From Lytechinus pictus (taxonomy: Eukaryota), in contig NC_087251.1 in assembly GCF_037042905.1 (NCBI RefSeq), forward strand, positions 29,576,001 to 29,640,000: DNA of 64,000 nt, given 5' to 3'. The notes under the pieces are model-generated. The model did not search any database. It saw only the letters and a program-made list of their open reading frames with translations, and was not told the DNA's origin. This document shows, piece by piece, positions 1-32,000 of this stretch (positions are counted from its first letter, which is position 1; each line of letters begins with the position of its first letter). Position numbers and translations under genes: made by a program.

Positions 1-3000
1 GAGTGCAGTATTTCAATTTCTTTATTCCGATTTATGTCTATTCTCCGGACTTTTGGGGAGTCATACCAAGCTTATATCCATAATTTATGATACGATTGAA
101 AAATAAATCTTCTTGATATTTTCAAAGATGACGGGGGATATTGTCGTGATATGCATGAACTCTGTGACAAAACTTCCAAGCAAGAACATGAAGAAAATAG
201 ATTTTTCAATAAGACGTAATTTAGATTTTAATCTTTGAAAAATGTTTTCAACCATGATGAAGGTATGTGCTTCGCAAAGTAAACTGCAACATCCGCTGGA
301 CAAAATATTGCAGTTTTACATCGAAAAACAGCATTATGTATTAGCTCTTGGATTTGTGGGATCTTTATTTCGTTGGGTGTAAAGTTCACATTTACACGGG
401 GCGTATGATATTTGCTTTAATCATCTGAAGAGACCTTTCACGATGATAAAAGGTGATACTACTATCGGTACAGTTTTGTATGAAGGAGTAGCTGCATTAA
501 ATAAACAGATTTCATGTATTTGCCCTAATGATAATTTTTATAGACGTTAAAGGCCATTTTCTGAGGTTAACCACTATTGTATCAACCCAAGGTGATCTGC
601 ACTAACTATATATCGCGTGTTTGTTTCATTTATTAAAACAAAAGTTGAAAGATTAATGAAAGCCCTGTAGTCTGGTAGGCACAATGACCACCCCCCCCCC
701 CCCATTGATTGATTAGCAAAAGATAGTAATAAATAAATAAACAAATAAGAAAGAATGAATGAAGGAATCAAAGAAAGAAAAACGAAAAAGAAAGATAGAA
801 AGAAAGAAAGAACATGAGGATGGAATAAAAACAGTGTTGTGGATTTAATGTTTTAAGTTCCAGTTGTGAAAACATCAAATTTTGTTGCAGTATCGCACTT
901 TAATTCATCACGTACATTTTATGTGGGTTCAGAATACTAAATTTAACTGGGGTATATACCGATTTTCTTATTTGGTCACTACGCTCCCTCACACACATTT
1001 AATCTTATTGTCACTAAAATGTCTCATTAACATTGTTTCAGGCAAAAATACTGTTGAAATTTAAAAAAATCTCGCTTCGTCTTGGATTTCAATGATGAAT
1101 ACAACATGATATTGAAAAAGAAAACTTTTTGAATGTCTTGAGTCGATTGTGTTGATCTAAACGTTGGAATATTATGACACATTTCAGATCAACCTTTGTC
1201 AATAATTAACTTTACCATGGTGCCTCAGTCACAATCATCAAACCGACTCGGGGACCGATTAAAAACTATTTCGTTATTTTAAATGGAAAATCCTTAATCG
1301 GTTAAGAGGGGCTTTTTGGTGTGACGGTGTACGGGGTGTGGGATTGAAAGAACTGGTACTAACCGGTCTTACAAGAAGAATGAAGACAAATATAATATCG
1401 GTCAAAGTCTCAAACACGCCTCAGATTATTTTAGTCTTCTCATAACGTTGATCATATATACTTAAGAGAAAAAAATCTATAAAAAAACATTTTCTATAAA
1501 AAATAAATAAACATAATAGGGTATGATAAGTAGAAAAACTAAATAAACTTGCCGATTTTTTTTTTATATTGAGCCTTATCCCTTTTTATACCACATGCAA
1601 GTTCCTTTAATGCATGCATGAGGACTGAACCCAAATTGAGAATTATCATTTTAAATTTCTTTTCAAATAATCGCTTATTCGTCTATTCTTGTTCTTTCGT
1701 GCTAATTTTTTGTAGTATCAACAAATATATTAGACAATATTAAAGATGTGTGCTTCCTGAAGCCCGAAAATGTAAAAAATATAGTTATATGCATATGACA
1801 TCCATTTTAGAAAATAGAGGATTCCGTCATGTAGCACCCAATACAGCACATAATTACCCACGACCTCAAATGGCGTCTTGAATTGCAAATGGAGGCTTCT
1901 TTCAGGAAATAAACCCCTCGTCTCCATCGATTTCTGGCGCGGGAATGTACGCCAAAATCTTATACACAGCAAAATTTATCCCCCGGGGCTTAACCCTATA
2001 GATCGGTCTTGGGTTAAATTATATTTGTGGCAGCATGAAACGCTGTACACTGATGCATTAAAGGGCCATTCAAACGTTGAAATTCATTGGAATATAAAAT
2101 GGAATATTATAAAGAAATATAAAAACATGTTTTTTGTCATAAGGAGAGTGTGTTTAAAAAAAACTAAATATAATATGGAAATCTGAAAATATCAAAAATT
2201 ATCTTTACAATAGAGTTAAAATAGACACATACATGTCTCCTGTCTGACTAGCTTTAAAATATCAGTAGCCACATGGTCGGTGCTATGGTTGGGGGGGGGC
2301 AAGGGGCGACTGTCTCTATGGTTTTTTTTTTTCAAGTAATGAACAGAAAAAGGAAGGGAAATGGGGTGGATGATGGGTGCAAACGAGTAAAAAAAGAAGA
2401 ACATCCTAAGAGATGTCTGGATCATATAGTTGTTTGCCAATGTCTCCCTGGGACCTTCTCACATTTATATTTAATTTCTAATTTAAAGGGGATATTTTGG
2501 GGATATCCGTGTCTCAGAAGTTGTGTCGAAAATATTTTTATCTAAAGCTGCCTGTACTTTGTTCATCGCTCAGCCTCAGCTAAGGGTGTCTCATTTTTCG
2601 AAATAATCGTGTTACATTTCAAAGGTTTCTTATGGTGCAGGGGCCGCGGAACGGTTTTCAAAGTGGGGGGGGGGGGGGGCTGACCATGCAAAAATCACAA
2701 TCATATGGTCATTTTTACGTTTTTGTACACGGTTTTCTGCATGGTGGTTGTTACCTGACTGATACGAATCATTAATTCTTGTTCCTAAGCAACCTGATGG
2801 CAGATCATTAGGTCCTCTCTGGGGGAAAAAGGAATGAGGATAGTCTCATTATTTCAGGCAAAATGCGCATTTAATTACTACCGAATTCGGTCTCCTGATT
2901 AAAGAGCTTTGGCGTTTCCTCCAATATCAATAATTCAGCCAATTTCATATTAAATTGCATGTTGAATTGCCGATGAGATTTTCAAACATTAATTTTCTGA

Positions 3001-3925
3001 GTTGATGCTAATTATGTATCCTTTTGTCGTATGCAGGAGTCGCAGAACGAATTTGAAAGGTTTTTTTTTTCTTGGGGGAGGGGCTTAAACCCCCCCCCCC
3101 CGATTCCGCAGCAGCTGCATTAGTCTACGAAGGTTCATTATACTTAGCCCCATTGGGAAAAAGGGGGTTAATATTAATATTGCTTGATGGTTCCACAAGG
3201 AAATACAATGTGACGTCAGTCATCAATAAATGACGTCATGAAGGTTGGCATGAGATTTATGCCGTTTAGACGAAGATGGGCTGAGAATAAGAATGATATT
3301 GAGAAAGAGATTGTTTATAAAGGAAATATTTCATATAGTAATACTGTAAATGGAGTTTTTTCAATCAACCCCATAGTTCACCTAAATTGGATGAAATTCA
3401 TTTTCGGAAGCTAATGCAAGCATCGCTAGAAAAGCCTCAAAGGCCATGCACTATATGAACCTAGGCCTATATGGATAAGTTGGTTGATTTTGAAGATTCC
3501 CACTGTTATAGAGAGAAAAAATCGACACTATCATCAAAGTGTCATAAATTTGAACGTTCGTGAAACCAAATATATTAAACAGTATGTCATGAAATAGTGA
3601 TTACTAGTATTTGACATTCATTTAATTATAAAGTAATAAACAAAATTATAACTTCTGTATTGTAGGCTACCAAATCATGTGAAATTTATCCAAAAATAAC
3701 GCAATTTTATTTCGGTCTTCACATAAAAAAAACGAAATGATGTGAGAGACAGGAATAAAACCCCCTGATTTATTAATCGAGTGGTATGATCCTCAAACAA
3801 GTGATTGATGTATTTCGACAACTCTCTATGTTCCATTGAAGATTTCAAAAACAGTATACTATACATGTCACCTTAAAATTTCACACTATTGTCATTATTA
3901 TAATTTACTTTCACTCTTTGCTATA

Positions 3926-4086
3926 CTGGGGCCCGTTTCATAAAGAGTTACAACTGTTGTAACTTTGCCATTATGACAACTACCATGGCAACCTTGATTT
4001 TGATTGCCTGCTGAGCCCCGTTTTCATGGTAGTTGCCATAATGGCAAAGTTACAACAGTTGTAACTCTTTATGAAACGGCCCCCAG
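3926..4086. mobile_element. Palindromic MITE (Harbinger-like GGGGCC ends)
   Basis: CTGGGGCCCGTTTCATAAAGAGTTACAACTGTTGTAACTTTGCCATTATG and its reverse complement at the other end. Confidence 0.85.
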
Positions 4087-5006
4087 AATTTATTTGTCAC
4101 ACTGCATGCTGTATTATTATAATTAAAAAAAAGTTTCATTTCATTGTGTGGATTTTGTGAAATATGAGAATAAATTCAAATCAAATCAAATCAACCTATC
4201 AGCTAACGGGCAATTACAGCTTGCCCAATAAAAGTCTAACAAAAATAACAGAATATACAAAAACTAGAAATCTGAAATGAAATTTTGTAATTTTCTTGTT
4301 AATATGAATTATAATTATGAGCAGTGACGGCACCAGGAGTGTCAAGGGGGTATTTTCCCCTTCAGTTGGAACCGTTTTCCTAAGAAATTTTGAAAAATGA
4401 AAAGAAAAAAAAACAATTGTAGAGAAAACGACTTTGCCTGCCTCCAACATTCGACATTTTCTTTTGCCAGCATTTATACTTGCTCCCACATTAAAAAAAT
4501 GCTCGTACCGTCACTGAGTGTGAAATTTATATTTTGTAATACATATTTACACTAGTAGGGCACACCAATACAATTTACCTGCTCTTTGACATTATGTATA
4601 TCCTTCGCTTAATTTTTGCTCAACTGATCAAACTGTTACTGCATTGATAACATACTTTGTAATGACGGGACGTTGTCTATGATAAAAGCTTTAACAATGT
4701 TTTGCTGATAACCTCGGTCATTATATTCGGTCTTGCTCGCACACAATATAATCATGCACAATCTCCACTCCCTGGGGAGCATTCTAAATATAATAAGTCA
4801 GGTCTTTCAAATTGCTCTGCCTACAATAACATTTTGGACGTTTGCATCACGCTGTATAGGCCTACCAATTCCTGCATTGGATAATGCAGTGGTAAACCTA
4901 GGTGGAGAGTGGCAAAAGTATATCATCTTGATTCAACAAAAATCATTCATGTTTTATTCATCTACTTTGATATTGTATATTTTTTCATCAATATTATGAT
5001 ATAGGC

Positions 5007-22276
<17,270 letters not shown>

Positions 22277-23689
22277 TGCTGGAAGATATAAAGCATAAAA
22301 ACTATAATTGAGAATCATTATGGTCTTATGATCTTATGAAAGATATAGTGAAGTGTTCCAAATTTGTCTTCCTGTAACCCATGGTATAAACATGTTGATA
22401 CTGATGTGATACTTGATCTTCCCTCTGGCTCTATATCACAATCATGTCTCCCGCCTTTTCAACTATACCACATAACTATCCATGTCCCCCTCGATCCCCC
22501 TCTCTCTCATAACGTTTATTATTCATGTACGAATTCTCATGCACACACAAAAATCTTGTCGACCTATACAAGCATTTTAATGATATTCACTGAACTGGTG
22601 TAGCTTGCAAATCATTGATCGTTCATTTTGTAAAAGGCCTTTATCCATTTGCCGCTCTCTTTCTATGCATGGACCTACTACTACTCTGACAGAGTATAGT
22701 TTCATGCTCTATAATATGGAACCGCGTATATATATATATAAACATGTACAAAAACTTAAAAATAACCACCCAATTGTCATTTTACTTGGAACCCCCATCA
22801 CACTTTCAAAACAATCCCTGCGTTAACCCAGGGACGACTCAAGCAAGGAGACGGTATTAAAAAGTTGATAAAAAGGAGATATAAAGTGAGAGAGAGATAG
22901 AGAGTTCCAGAACCCTATTTTGGATAGCATTTTGTCTCGTTTTCCATTTTCTTTCCGTTTTCCTCTCCTCTTCAACTTTTCTAAAAGTATTGGAGGCTGA
23001 TCACCCCTGCCCCCACGCAGCTGGCTTTCAATCATACCATTATCCACGATAGTACGTATATTCACAGGCATGATTGGATGACAGAAAAGTTCGACTGTAT
23101 AAATACTTGACAATATTCCTCTCATGCACATTCCCAATTTTTAGGTAATCTCTCCATCAAGGTTTCCCTTTTGATGCGGTATATACCCCGGCCAATCACT
23201 GTATACTTTTTGAGACATGTATATCTCTATGACCCCGTCCTTGGTGTTACAAAAATAAAGTTCAGTCATTTTTGTCAAAAAGCACTTTCATATTGTTTGC
23301 CTTTTGTTTGCACTTTTCGCTTTCACATAATCGAGTTTTTAAGTTCAATGTCTCTTTATTTTTCACATAAAGACACATTGAAACAATGTATACCTTTCCC
23401 CACTTCCTGGGGCGGTATTCTGATGTTTTTATCTTTAAAATATTTTATTTTATCTGAGATAAAATGGATCTCAGAATACCACCCCTGGATAATAAGTGAC
23501 AGTTCAGAGGGAATAAACACCTGCTGTAATATAAAAAAATAATAATAACATGGATTACATCAATATAGAGGCAGAAAAGGGGGATTGTTAATATGTTATA
23601 CTTCTGTGTAAAAGACTTATACAAATAGCAAAACACTGCACATGGGTTGATGGGTATACCCCTTGTAAAAAAAAACCATGGTTTGATGT

Positions 23690-25370
23690 TAAGGTAAAAC
23701 CATGGTTTTGCATTGGATCCATCGTACAGTAATTTCATAGTTTAACCATAGTAAGATATGGTTTAATTATGGTGAAATCATGGTGCACTAGTGTTTAACC
23801 ATAGTTAAACTATAGCTTTAGCATGGGTAAACCATGGTAACCATGGTTAAATGGTGTTAAATTGGAACGCACTTACCATGACATTACTATGGCATAACCA
23901 TGGTCACAACTGTGTTTTTACCATATTTTAACAATGGTTAAGAAAGTATAAAACCATGGTAAAGAGAAGGTGAAACCATGGTTAGAAAAAGGTGAAACCA
24001 TTGTTTTACAGCTGCCAAACCACATAATTACAACCCGAATCACGGTAAAACCATAATCAATTGTATGGTAGACCCACCTTTTGACCATAGTGCAATATTG
24101 TATGATGATGGTTAAACCATGTCAAAGTACTGTCTAGCCATGGTTTAACCATGGTTTACCACGGTTAAACTATAGGTTTAGCATGGGTAAACCATGGTAA
24201 CCATGGTTAAAAGGTGTTAAATTGGAACGCACTTACCATGACATTACTATGGCATAACCATGGTCACAATTATGTTTTTACCATAGTTTAACCATGGTTA
24301 AGAAAGTATAAAACCATGGTAAAGAGAAGGTGAAACCATGGTTAGAAAAAGGTGAAACCATTGTTTTACAGCTGCCAAACCACATAATTACAACCCAAAT
24401 CACGGTAAAACCATAATCAATTGTATGGTAAACCCACCTTTTAACCATAGTGCAATATTGTATGATGATGGTTGAACCATGTCAAAGTACTGTCTAGCCA
24501 TGGTTTAACTATGGTGTACCACGGTTAAACTATAGGTTTAGCATGGGTAAACCATGGTAACCATGGTTAAAAGGTGTTAAATTGGAACGCACTTACCATG
24601 ACATTACCATGGCATAACCATGGTCACAACTGTGTTTTTACCGTACTATAACCACGGTTAAGAAAATGTGAAACTATGGTTAAGAAAGTATAAAACCATG
24701 GTAAAGGGTAGGTAAAACCATGGTAAAGCAAAGGTGAAACCATGGTTAGAAAACGGTGAAACCATTGTTTTACAGCAGCCAAACCACATAATTACAACCC
24801 AAATCACGGTAAAACCATGATCAATCATATGGTAAAACCACCTTTTAACCATTAGTGCAATATTGTATGATGATGGTTAAACCATGTCAAAGTACTGTCT
24901 AACCATGGTTTAACCATTGTATACCACGGTTTAACCATAATGTGCCACAGTTAATCGATGGTTTCATTGTAGATAAACCATGCCTACCATGGTTTAACCG
25001 TGGTTACAACCTTGTTTTTATTGTGGTAAATCCATCGTTTCAAAGTGTCTTTACTATGGTGAAGAAAAGGTGAAACAATGATTTTAAAACAGAAACAGCG
25101 ATAATAACATGGTTATGCAATGAAATCCAAAGTATAACCATGGTTTCACTACAAACCAATCATAGAATTACCATGGTCTTGCATCCTCAAAATCATGGTA
25201 AAAGCATGGTTAATATTGGATCCATTGTGCGACATACCCATGGTTTAACCATGGTGCATGATGGTCTGATGATGGTTAAACCATGGTGCACCTTGGTCTG
25301 CCCATGGTTTGGACATCCTTCAACCGTGATCGTACTACAGTTACTGTGATTTAACTATGGTAAATTTGAA
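23690..25370. repeat. Left subterminal array: about 360-bp higher-order units built from AACCATGGTT palindromes
   Basis: gcatgggtaaaccatggtaaccatggttaa recurs at 23821, 24181 and 24541; degenerate continuation to about 25370 and again at about 25990-26160. Confidence 0.9.
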
Positions 25371-27080
25371 AGGATTTACAACAGTATTACCATTTCCATT
25401 CATGAATTCATCGTGCATAAATTATCTCGGCACGAGCAGACGACTTAGACTCGAACTATGATCGAAATAAACTTCGAATTAGTGGTGAATAGGCATCATA
25501 ATTACACAATAGGTGTTATTTTGGGGGCAATGTAGATCAAGTAAGTAGTAGTCAAGTTGGACATTACTGTTTATTTTGATGATTGTGTTAACCAAGCAAA
25601 TCGGCCGGTCGACGTATTTTTTTTTTCTTTTCGATGCACCGATTTCGCAAAATCTGCACCGGCGCTCGATGACATCGATCAAACACCGATTTTAAAAACG
25701 ATCAGTTATGATATTTCAAAATCTTTGAGTTTTTTATATTGACACCTAAACATGGCCTAAGTTCAGTAACCCCAGATGACCTTTGACCTTGATCATGTGA
25801 CCTGAAATGTATAGCAGATCGATCAGTGATACTTGGTTACCCTTATACCCAAGTTTCATGAAATAGGACCAAATTCTTCCAAAGTTATTATACCATTTCG
25901 AAAACTTAACAAAGGTTAAGATTTGGTGTTGACGCCGCCGCCGGAAAAGCGGCGCCTATGTCTCACTTCTGCTATGCAAGTGAGACAATAAAACCGTGGT
26001 TCTCAAGCTCAAACCAAAGTTTAACTGTAGTTTCACAGCCAGAAACGATGATAAATCCCTGGTTCTACAAACCAAACCACAGTAGAGCCATGGTTTTACA
26101 ACCGACCTCTGGTATAACCATCAACTGCTATACCACCCAAACCAGAGTATAACCATGGTCGTATGGTCATACACAGCATACACGTCATCCAACCTGTCTG
26201 CTTTTTACCTCTATCATATTATCTGCTGAAATGAGATCAAGTGGAAACTCAGTATAAGGAGGACCTTGGGATCATGAACCTTGTTATTATACCTGGAATC
26301 TAACTTCACCAGGGCACAAAAACAAAAGGACCTTGGACCAGCAAATTTGACTGTTATATTGGGAATCTCTGTATATTGAGTTTCTAGTGTATCAGCGAAA
26401 GAAAAGAGTCAATTAAAATACAGTTACAATGTACACATTCGGCTACATCATCAAAGAGCCACATTGGTGATGGTATAATAAGAAATTACATTTAAAATTG
26501 TAGGTCAGTCAGACAGATATGACAGAGGTCATATTCCACACTACACATCGCCACTTATTGTATCAATCAGTGAGTGATCACACAATGACCTAAAAAGGGA
26601 CAAAATGCAAATCAGTGTTAAGAACAACGCAATGAAAACTTTTAATAAAAATAAAGTCAAACACATCTAATACAGTACTACATGTACAGCTCTGGAAACA
26701 TTACCCAAGTTAGCTGACAAAAGAGGCAAGTCTTTATACATGGCAGGTTTGAATACATATCTATAAAAGAACCCACATAAATTTTAATACATTCTTTATA
26801 AATTTTGTACTTTTCACACAAACAGTTAGCACAGATATGGCAAGCTAAATTAAGTAAGGAATGTATACATGTACTCCTGAAAACTGTTTTATTACTGCTG
26901 ATTTCATATAACTGATTTGGCCAAGAAGACATGTTAGAAAGACTTTATACGAAAAACAAAAGAAAATAACTAGATGGATTCTTGACTGCACAGTCGAAAT
27001 TTATGCCTCCGCCATTGCCACTAGATCAGAAATATGTTGCACAGGTAATTTCCCATAAATCTTCAAATTTGTTCTATTCT

Positions 27081-27470
27081 TTTTATATTAAATAATTTAT
27101 GCCTTATCCCAACATAAATAAACACTGAATGTTCAGTGCATGTTTGAGCTGCTAAGAAAAAAATTTACAGGCCGGCTCGGGTAGGAATCGAACCCACGAC
27201 CATCTGGTTATCAGACAGGCGTCATACCACTTGACCACCGAGAAGCCCGATGGCTGGTAGCTGGTTTGATTCACATAATAGCAGCAGGTACAGTACTATG
27301 TTGATATATCACATAATAGCAGCCAATAGCCATCGGGCTTAATTCCTGGTGGTCTAGTTGTATGACGCCTGTCTAGCAACCAGGAGATCGTGAGTTCGAT
27401 TCCTACCATAGCTGGCCTGAACATTTGGTGTTCACTTATATTTGGATAAGGCAAAAATTATTCAATAAAA
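27081..27470. repeat. Palindrome containing two divergent tRNA-like sequences
   Basis: Minus 27173-27248 and plus 27336-27414 each show an A box (TGGTCWAGTKG) and a B box (GTTCGATTCC); the flanking tails are also inverted copies. Confidence 0.75.
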
Positions 27471-28244
27471 TTAAATCTACCCAACGGAAAACCTTGATTG
27501 ATATTTTCTATTATCATATTGATCACTCTCATATATGCATCCAAGAACCATTAATATTGAATCTACAAGCAATTGTGACAAGAGACATGAACTCTCAGAC
27601 CTTTGAACTTCTCAAGTCAATGTCATAATGTATGCATTGTCCATATTTGAAATTGATCTATCGAAGTCTTTGGTTTATCACAAGAACAATTTCATGCATA
27701 CACTGACCTACAATCAAACTTGATATATGAAAATAATTTTTAGTATTCATAAAACACAAGAAAATTACTAAATGGATAAAAAAGTTGTGACCTTTATGAC
27801 CTTTGAACTTGGCCCTGCAACCCCCCCAAATTACCCCCCCCCCCCCTATATCAAGCATATATGTACCAAGTTTGGAGTTACTTCCTCTAACATTCCTTTT
27901 ATTTAGTTACACAAGAACAAGATATTTTAAGGCATACTGACCTCTGTGACCTTTGACCATGTGACCCCAAAATCCAATCAGATCATTCTCCCTCTATTAT
28001 GTATATAAAGAATGTACCAAGTTTGAAGTTATTAGCTCCAATGGTTAAGTTATCACAAGAACAGGACATTTTAAGGTATATAACGACCTCTGTGACCTTT
28101 CACCCGTGACCATAAAATCAAAACAAAGTATTATCCCCCCAGGATATACCCTCATACCAAGTTTGATGTAAAACCACTCCACGGTTCTTGAGATTTCGAC
28201 AAAGCAAAAAGGGGCGGACGTACGGACGACCCGAAAACGTAAAA

Positions 28245-28735
28245 AATTCAACAAGCATAACACTGAAAATTTCATCAAAATCGGAAGTAAAATAAGAAAG
28301 TTATGACATTTTAAAGTTTTGCTTCATTTCACAAAACGCTTATATGCACACCTCAGTCGGTAAGCAAATGAGGGAACTGATGACATCACTCACCCACTAT
28401 TTCTTTTGTATTTTATTATATGAAGTATGAAATATTTTGATTTTCTCGTCATTGTCATGTGAAATGAAGTTTCATTCGTCTCTGAACACGTGGAATTCGA
28501 TTATTTTAACATTTTGTGCTTCAGGCAAGGAGGTCCTAATCATCAAATTCGTAAAAATTGAAATATTGTATAATTCAAACAATAAAAAACAAAAGAAATA
28601 GTGAGTGACATCATTGGCTCACCTAGTTGTGCATATCACTGTTTTGTTGAAAATAAGCGAAACTTTAAAATTTCATGCTAGTTTGATTTTTCTCTATTTA
28701 TTCAAATCAGCATTTTCCTGGGGTGGACTAGACCT
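28245..28735. mobile_element. Truncated Kolobok-like element
   Basis: Ends GGTGGACTAGACCT|TTAA; internal inverted repeat (tgacatcactcacccactatttctttt / aaagaaatagtgagtgacatca); related fragment at about 33915-34350. Confidence 0.5.
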
Positions 28736-29010
28736 TTAATTTGAAGATTAGAGACATTGAGTCAAATTTTCAAAAACAGTCAATGAAACATACACTACTC
28801 AATGCATACTCTTCCCAGTGATACATGCTAGCAGGTTTTACATCCATATTTCATACTGTTAAGGTGACATTGCATTAACAAAGATATTACCTGAATTTCA
28901 CAAATTTACTTTCGAGCTACATATTCCAAAATATATCCAGATCATCTCCTATAGTGGTACATGTTAGCACCAAGTTTCACATTTATATTTCAAATTGTTA
29001 AGGTGACAAT

Positions 29011-32000
29011 GGCCCGTATTCTGATAGCGTGGTTTAACTTAACCCTGGTCTAAGTGTGGTAATAAACTGCCATATTTAAACCTAGGTTTAAGTTTCGTAT
29101 TCCGATAGCAAGGTTTAAGTTAACCCTGGTCTAAGTGTGGTAATAAATCTTCAAAAAGTTAAACTCGCGCTGGGGGTAGTTTAAGCCTGGTTTAAATCCA
29201 ACAAATCATGGCCAACAATTTTTTAGAATGTATGCCTATATTGCATTGCAAGCTACTTCCTCAGTTTTTAACCGATTTTCATGGAATTTGGAACACACAT
29301 TGTTCTCAAGGTAAGGAGGTGTAAGAATTTTTTTTTTCTTTTTTGGAAATTGTGTTGCCATGGAAACAGTATATTATGGCAAAAATTTTGCCGTTTAAAA
29401 TACTTTTATCAGTTTTCTACCAATTCTCAAGAAAGTTGGCTCACACATTGGTTTTGAGGTAAAGATGTGCAAGACACATATTTCCATGTGTCGGAAATTG
29501 TGTTGCCATGGTAACGGTATATTATGGCAAAAACTATGTATAAATCTTGCTGTTCCAACTACTTCCTCAGTTTTTAACCAATTCTCATGAAATTTGGCAC
29601 ATACATTAATGTTGAGGTGAAGATGTCCAAGATATATTTTTGTCTGTATCAGAAATCGTGTTGCCATGGTAACAACATATCAAATAAAGAAAATAAGGTG
29701 AGAATTTGGTAGTTCGAACTCCCATCTTTTTTCAGCCAATGCTCATAAAATTTGGCACACACATTAGTCTTAAGTTGAAGATGTGCAAGACATATTTTTG
29801 TATGTATGAGAAATCATGTTGCCATGGTAACAACATATTACATAATGAAATTAGGTGAAAATCTGAACTCCTTCATTAGTTTTCAACTAATTCTTATAAA
29901 AGTTGGCTCACACATTGGTTTTGAGGTATAGATCTGCAAGACATATATTTGTGTGTGTTGGAAACTGTGTTGCCATGGTGACAGCATATTAAATCAATAA
30001 ATGTGTAAACACATCTAATGGATTGAACTGCTTCTTCATTTTATGACATAGGCCTACATGTATGCTCATGAAATTTAGAACACGAGGTTTTGACTTGAGG
30101 TAAAATAATCTGCAAGGCACATTTTCTCATTCATCAAAATATGTGTTTGTACGGTAACTACACAAACCAAAATAAGATTAAGACAATGCTAACTGTTGTT
30201 TGGCTACACAGAGAACAACATGTAGCTGTAGGCTTAGTACTAGTTTTAAGGGGGTTGCTAGACCTCTAACTTTAGATCTCGAACTACAGTCCCACTACAG
30301 TCCCTAGCTTTAGATCTAGGTCTAGATCCTTTAGATCTAGTAATAGAAATAATCCAACGTTAGATCTCCAGCCTACTTTATTTAAAGGCCTAACGTTAGA
30401 TGATTAGATCTACTGTAGACTAGCCTCGAGACTAGCCAACATTTACTTTTTTATTTATTTAGAATCTACATTGAGCATGTTGAGAGTCTACAAATCTCTA
30501 GATCTAGACCTATTACATGTATTACATTGATATAGATCTAGTTCTAGGTCTAGATAGGGTTTAACTTTTAGTCTAAGTTATTTAGTCTAGATCTAGGCCA
30601 GCGTTAGATATTCTAGATCATACAGTAGACTAGATCAGCCAGTTAGGGCTAGGCTAGAAATCTAGAATGAATATATAGCACAGACTAACGTTAGGCCTAG
30701 GCCTAGATCTAAATTCTTACATAAATCTAGGCCAGGCCTAGTCTAGTCGAGACTTAACCCAGGGAGCTCCCTGGGTTAGTCAAGACTGAGCTGTTGGTCT
30801 AGGTTTGGGCCTGTTTTCTAGTCCTGGATCTGGAAACCTAAACGAGTCCCCAAAAATGTTTGAATAAAAAACTCTTCAAAGAAACAGATATGGACCTACA
30901 ACAAGAGTAGAGAGATGTCTTGGACTAATTCTAAATTTAGCCAGGCCCAGTTACTTGGCAAGCAATGCAGCGATAATCAGATCTAACACTGTACTGTCTG
31001 TAGACAGGAATAACCGTTGTTTCTGGGGATTTATTTTAAAAATTCTGACATTTTACTGTCATATAACATTGCCTTGGTGAGAGAGGCCAACGTAGAGTGT
31101 CATAATTCAGCGGAACAACCAATACAGAGACTGTTCAAAGCTTTTTGTCTAAGACAAATCAGATCCATTCCACTAGATCTAGCCTATGCCTAAGGTTACT
31201 TTAGAATAGTACTATAATCTATCCCTGTCCCTAAGCTAAGCCAGCCTAAGTCATGAATGCTGTTCTAGGCCTAGACCAATATTTATCTTCAGTCTTGGTT
31301 GCTCCACTAACTCACTAGACTATGTTTTGCTTCAGGAAAGTAAAAAAAAATCAAATAGGCCTAGGCCTAACTTAGTTAGTAAAAACTATGTTCAATTCTC
31401 CTCCAAACAATTGGGCCTAGGCCAGATCTAACTATAGGCCTATTTAGACCCAAGACTACTCTCAAAAGTTATAAAAAAATTCCCTTACTTAAAGTTAGAA
31501 TAAAGAGGTCGACCTCTTAGCTTATTGTTTTAGATCTAGGACTAGGGTCTAGACTCTAGTCTAGAGTGGTTGAGGGGAATCTATTCAATTTAGATTTTGA
31601 CAAACATGAAAATAAATAAATGGGACTGATACTCAAAAAACTGTGCAGGTCACTCGGTTTGGGGTTGAAATGTTTTAGTAATTAACAAAAATAAATATAA
31701 TTGAAATGAAAATTTCTTACCATATATGGGTGATGAATGCTTTTCTTTCACTACAATAGTTGTTATTAGTTTCCATAATATCAATTTTTTTAAGAAAAAA
31801 CGACTTTAGTGCCATTTTTTCAACTTTGTTGCAATCACCCCTGCAGCAGTAATTTACCAAAAAGGTGCTAGTCTTGGTTAAAAGAGGGTTATTATTTTCA
31901 AAAAGAATTTTAAACCCGGGTTTAACCCAGGTTTAGTTAAACCCGGCTATCAGAATACCAAAATAATTAAACTACACCTGGACCAGAGGTGAGGTTTAGA

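Noticed and set aside
1..560. Possible decayed coding sequence (FKDDGG, reminiscent of a reverse transcriptase motif)
   Set aside because: Short, interrupted by stops, and no other RT motifs were recognisable.
26290..26400. Possible further minus-strand exon of the SAMD3-like pseudogene
   Set aside because: Short open stretch with a GT donor but no recognisable motif or reliable acceptor.
27173..27414. Functional tRNA genes
   Set aside because: Acceptor and anticodon stems are disrupted and the copies lie within a larger inverted repeat; reported as tRNA-like instead.
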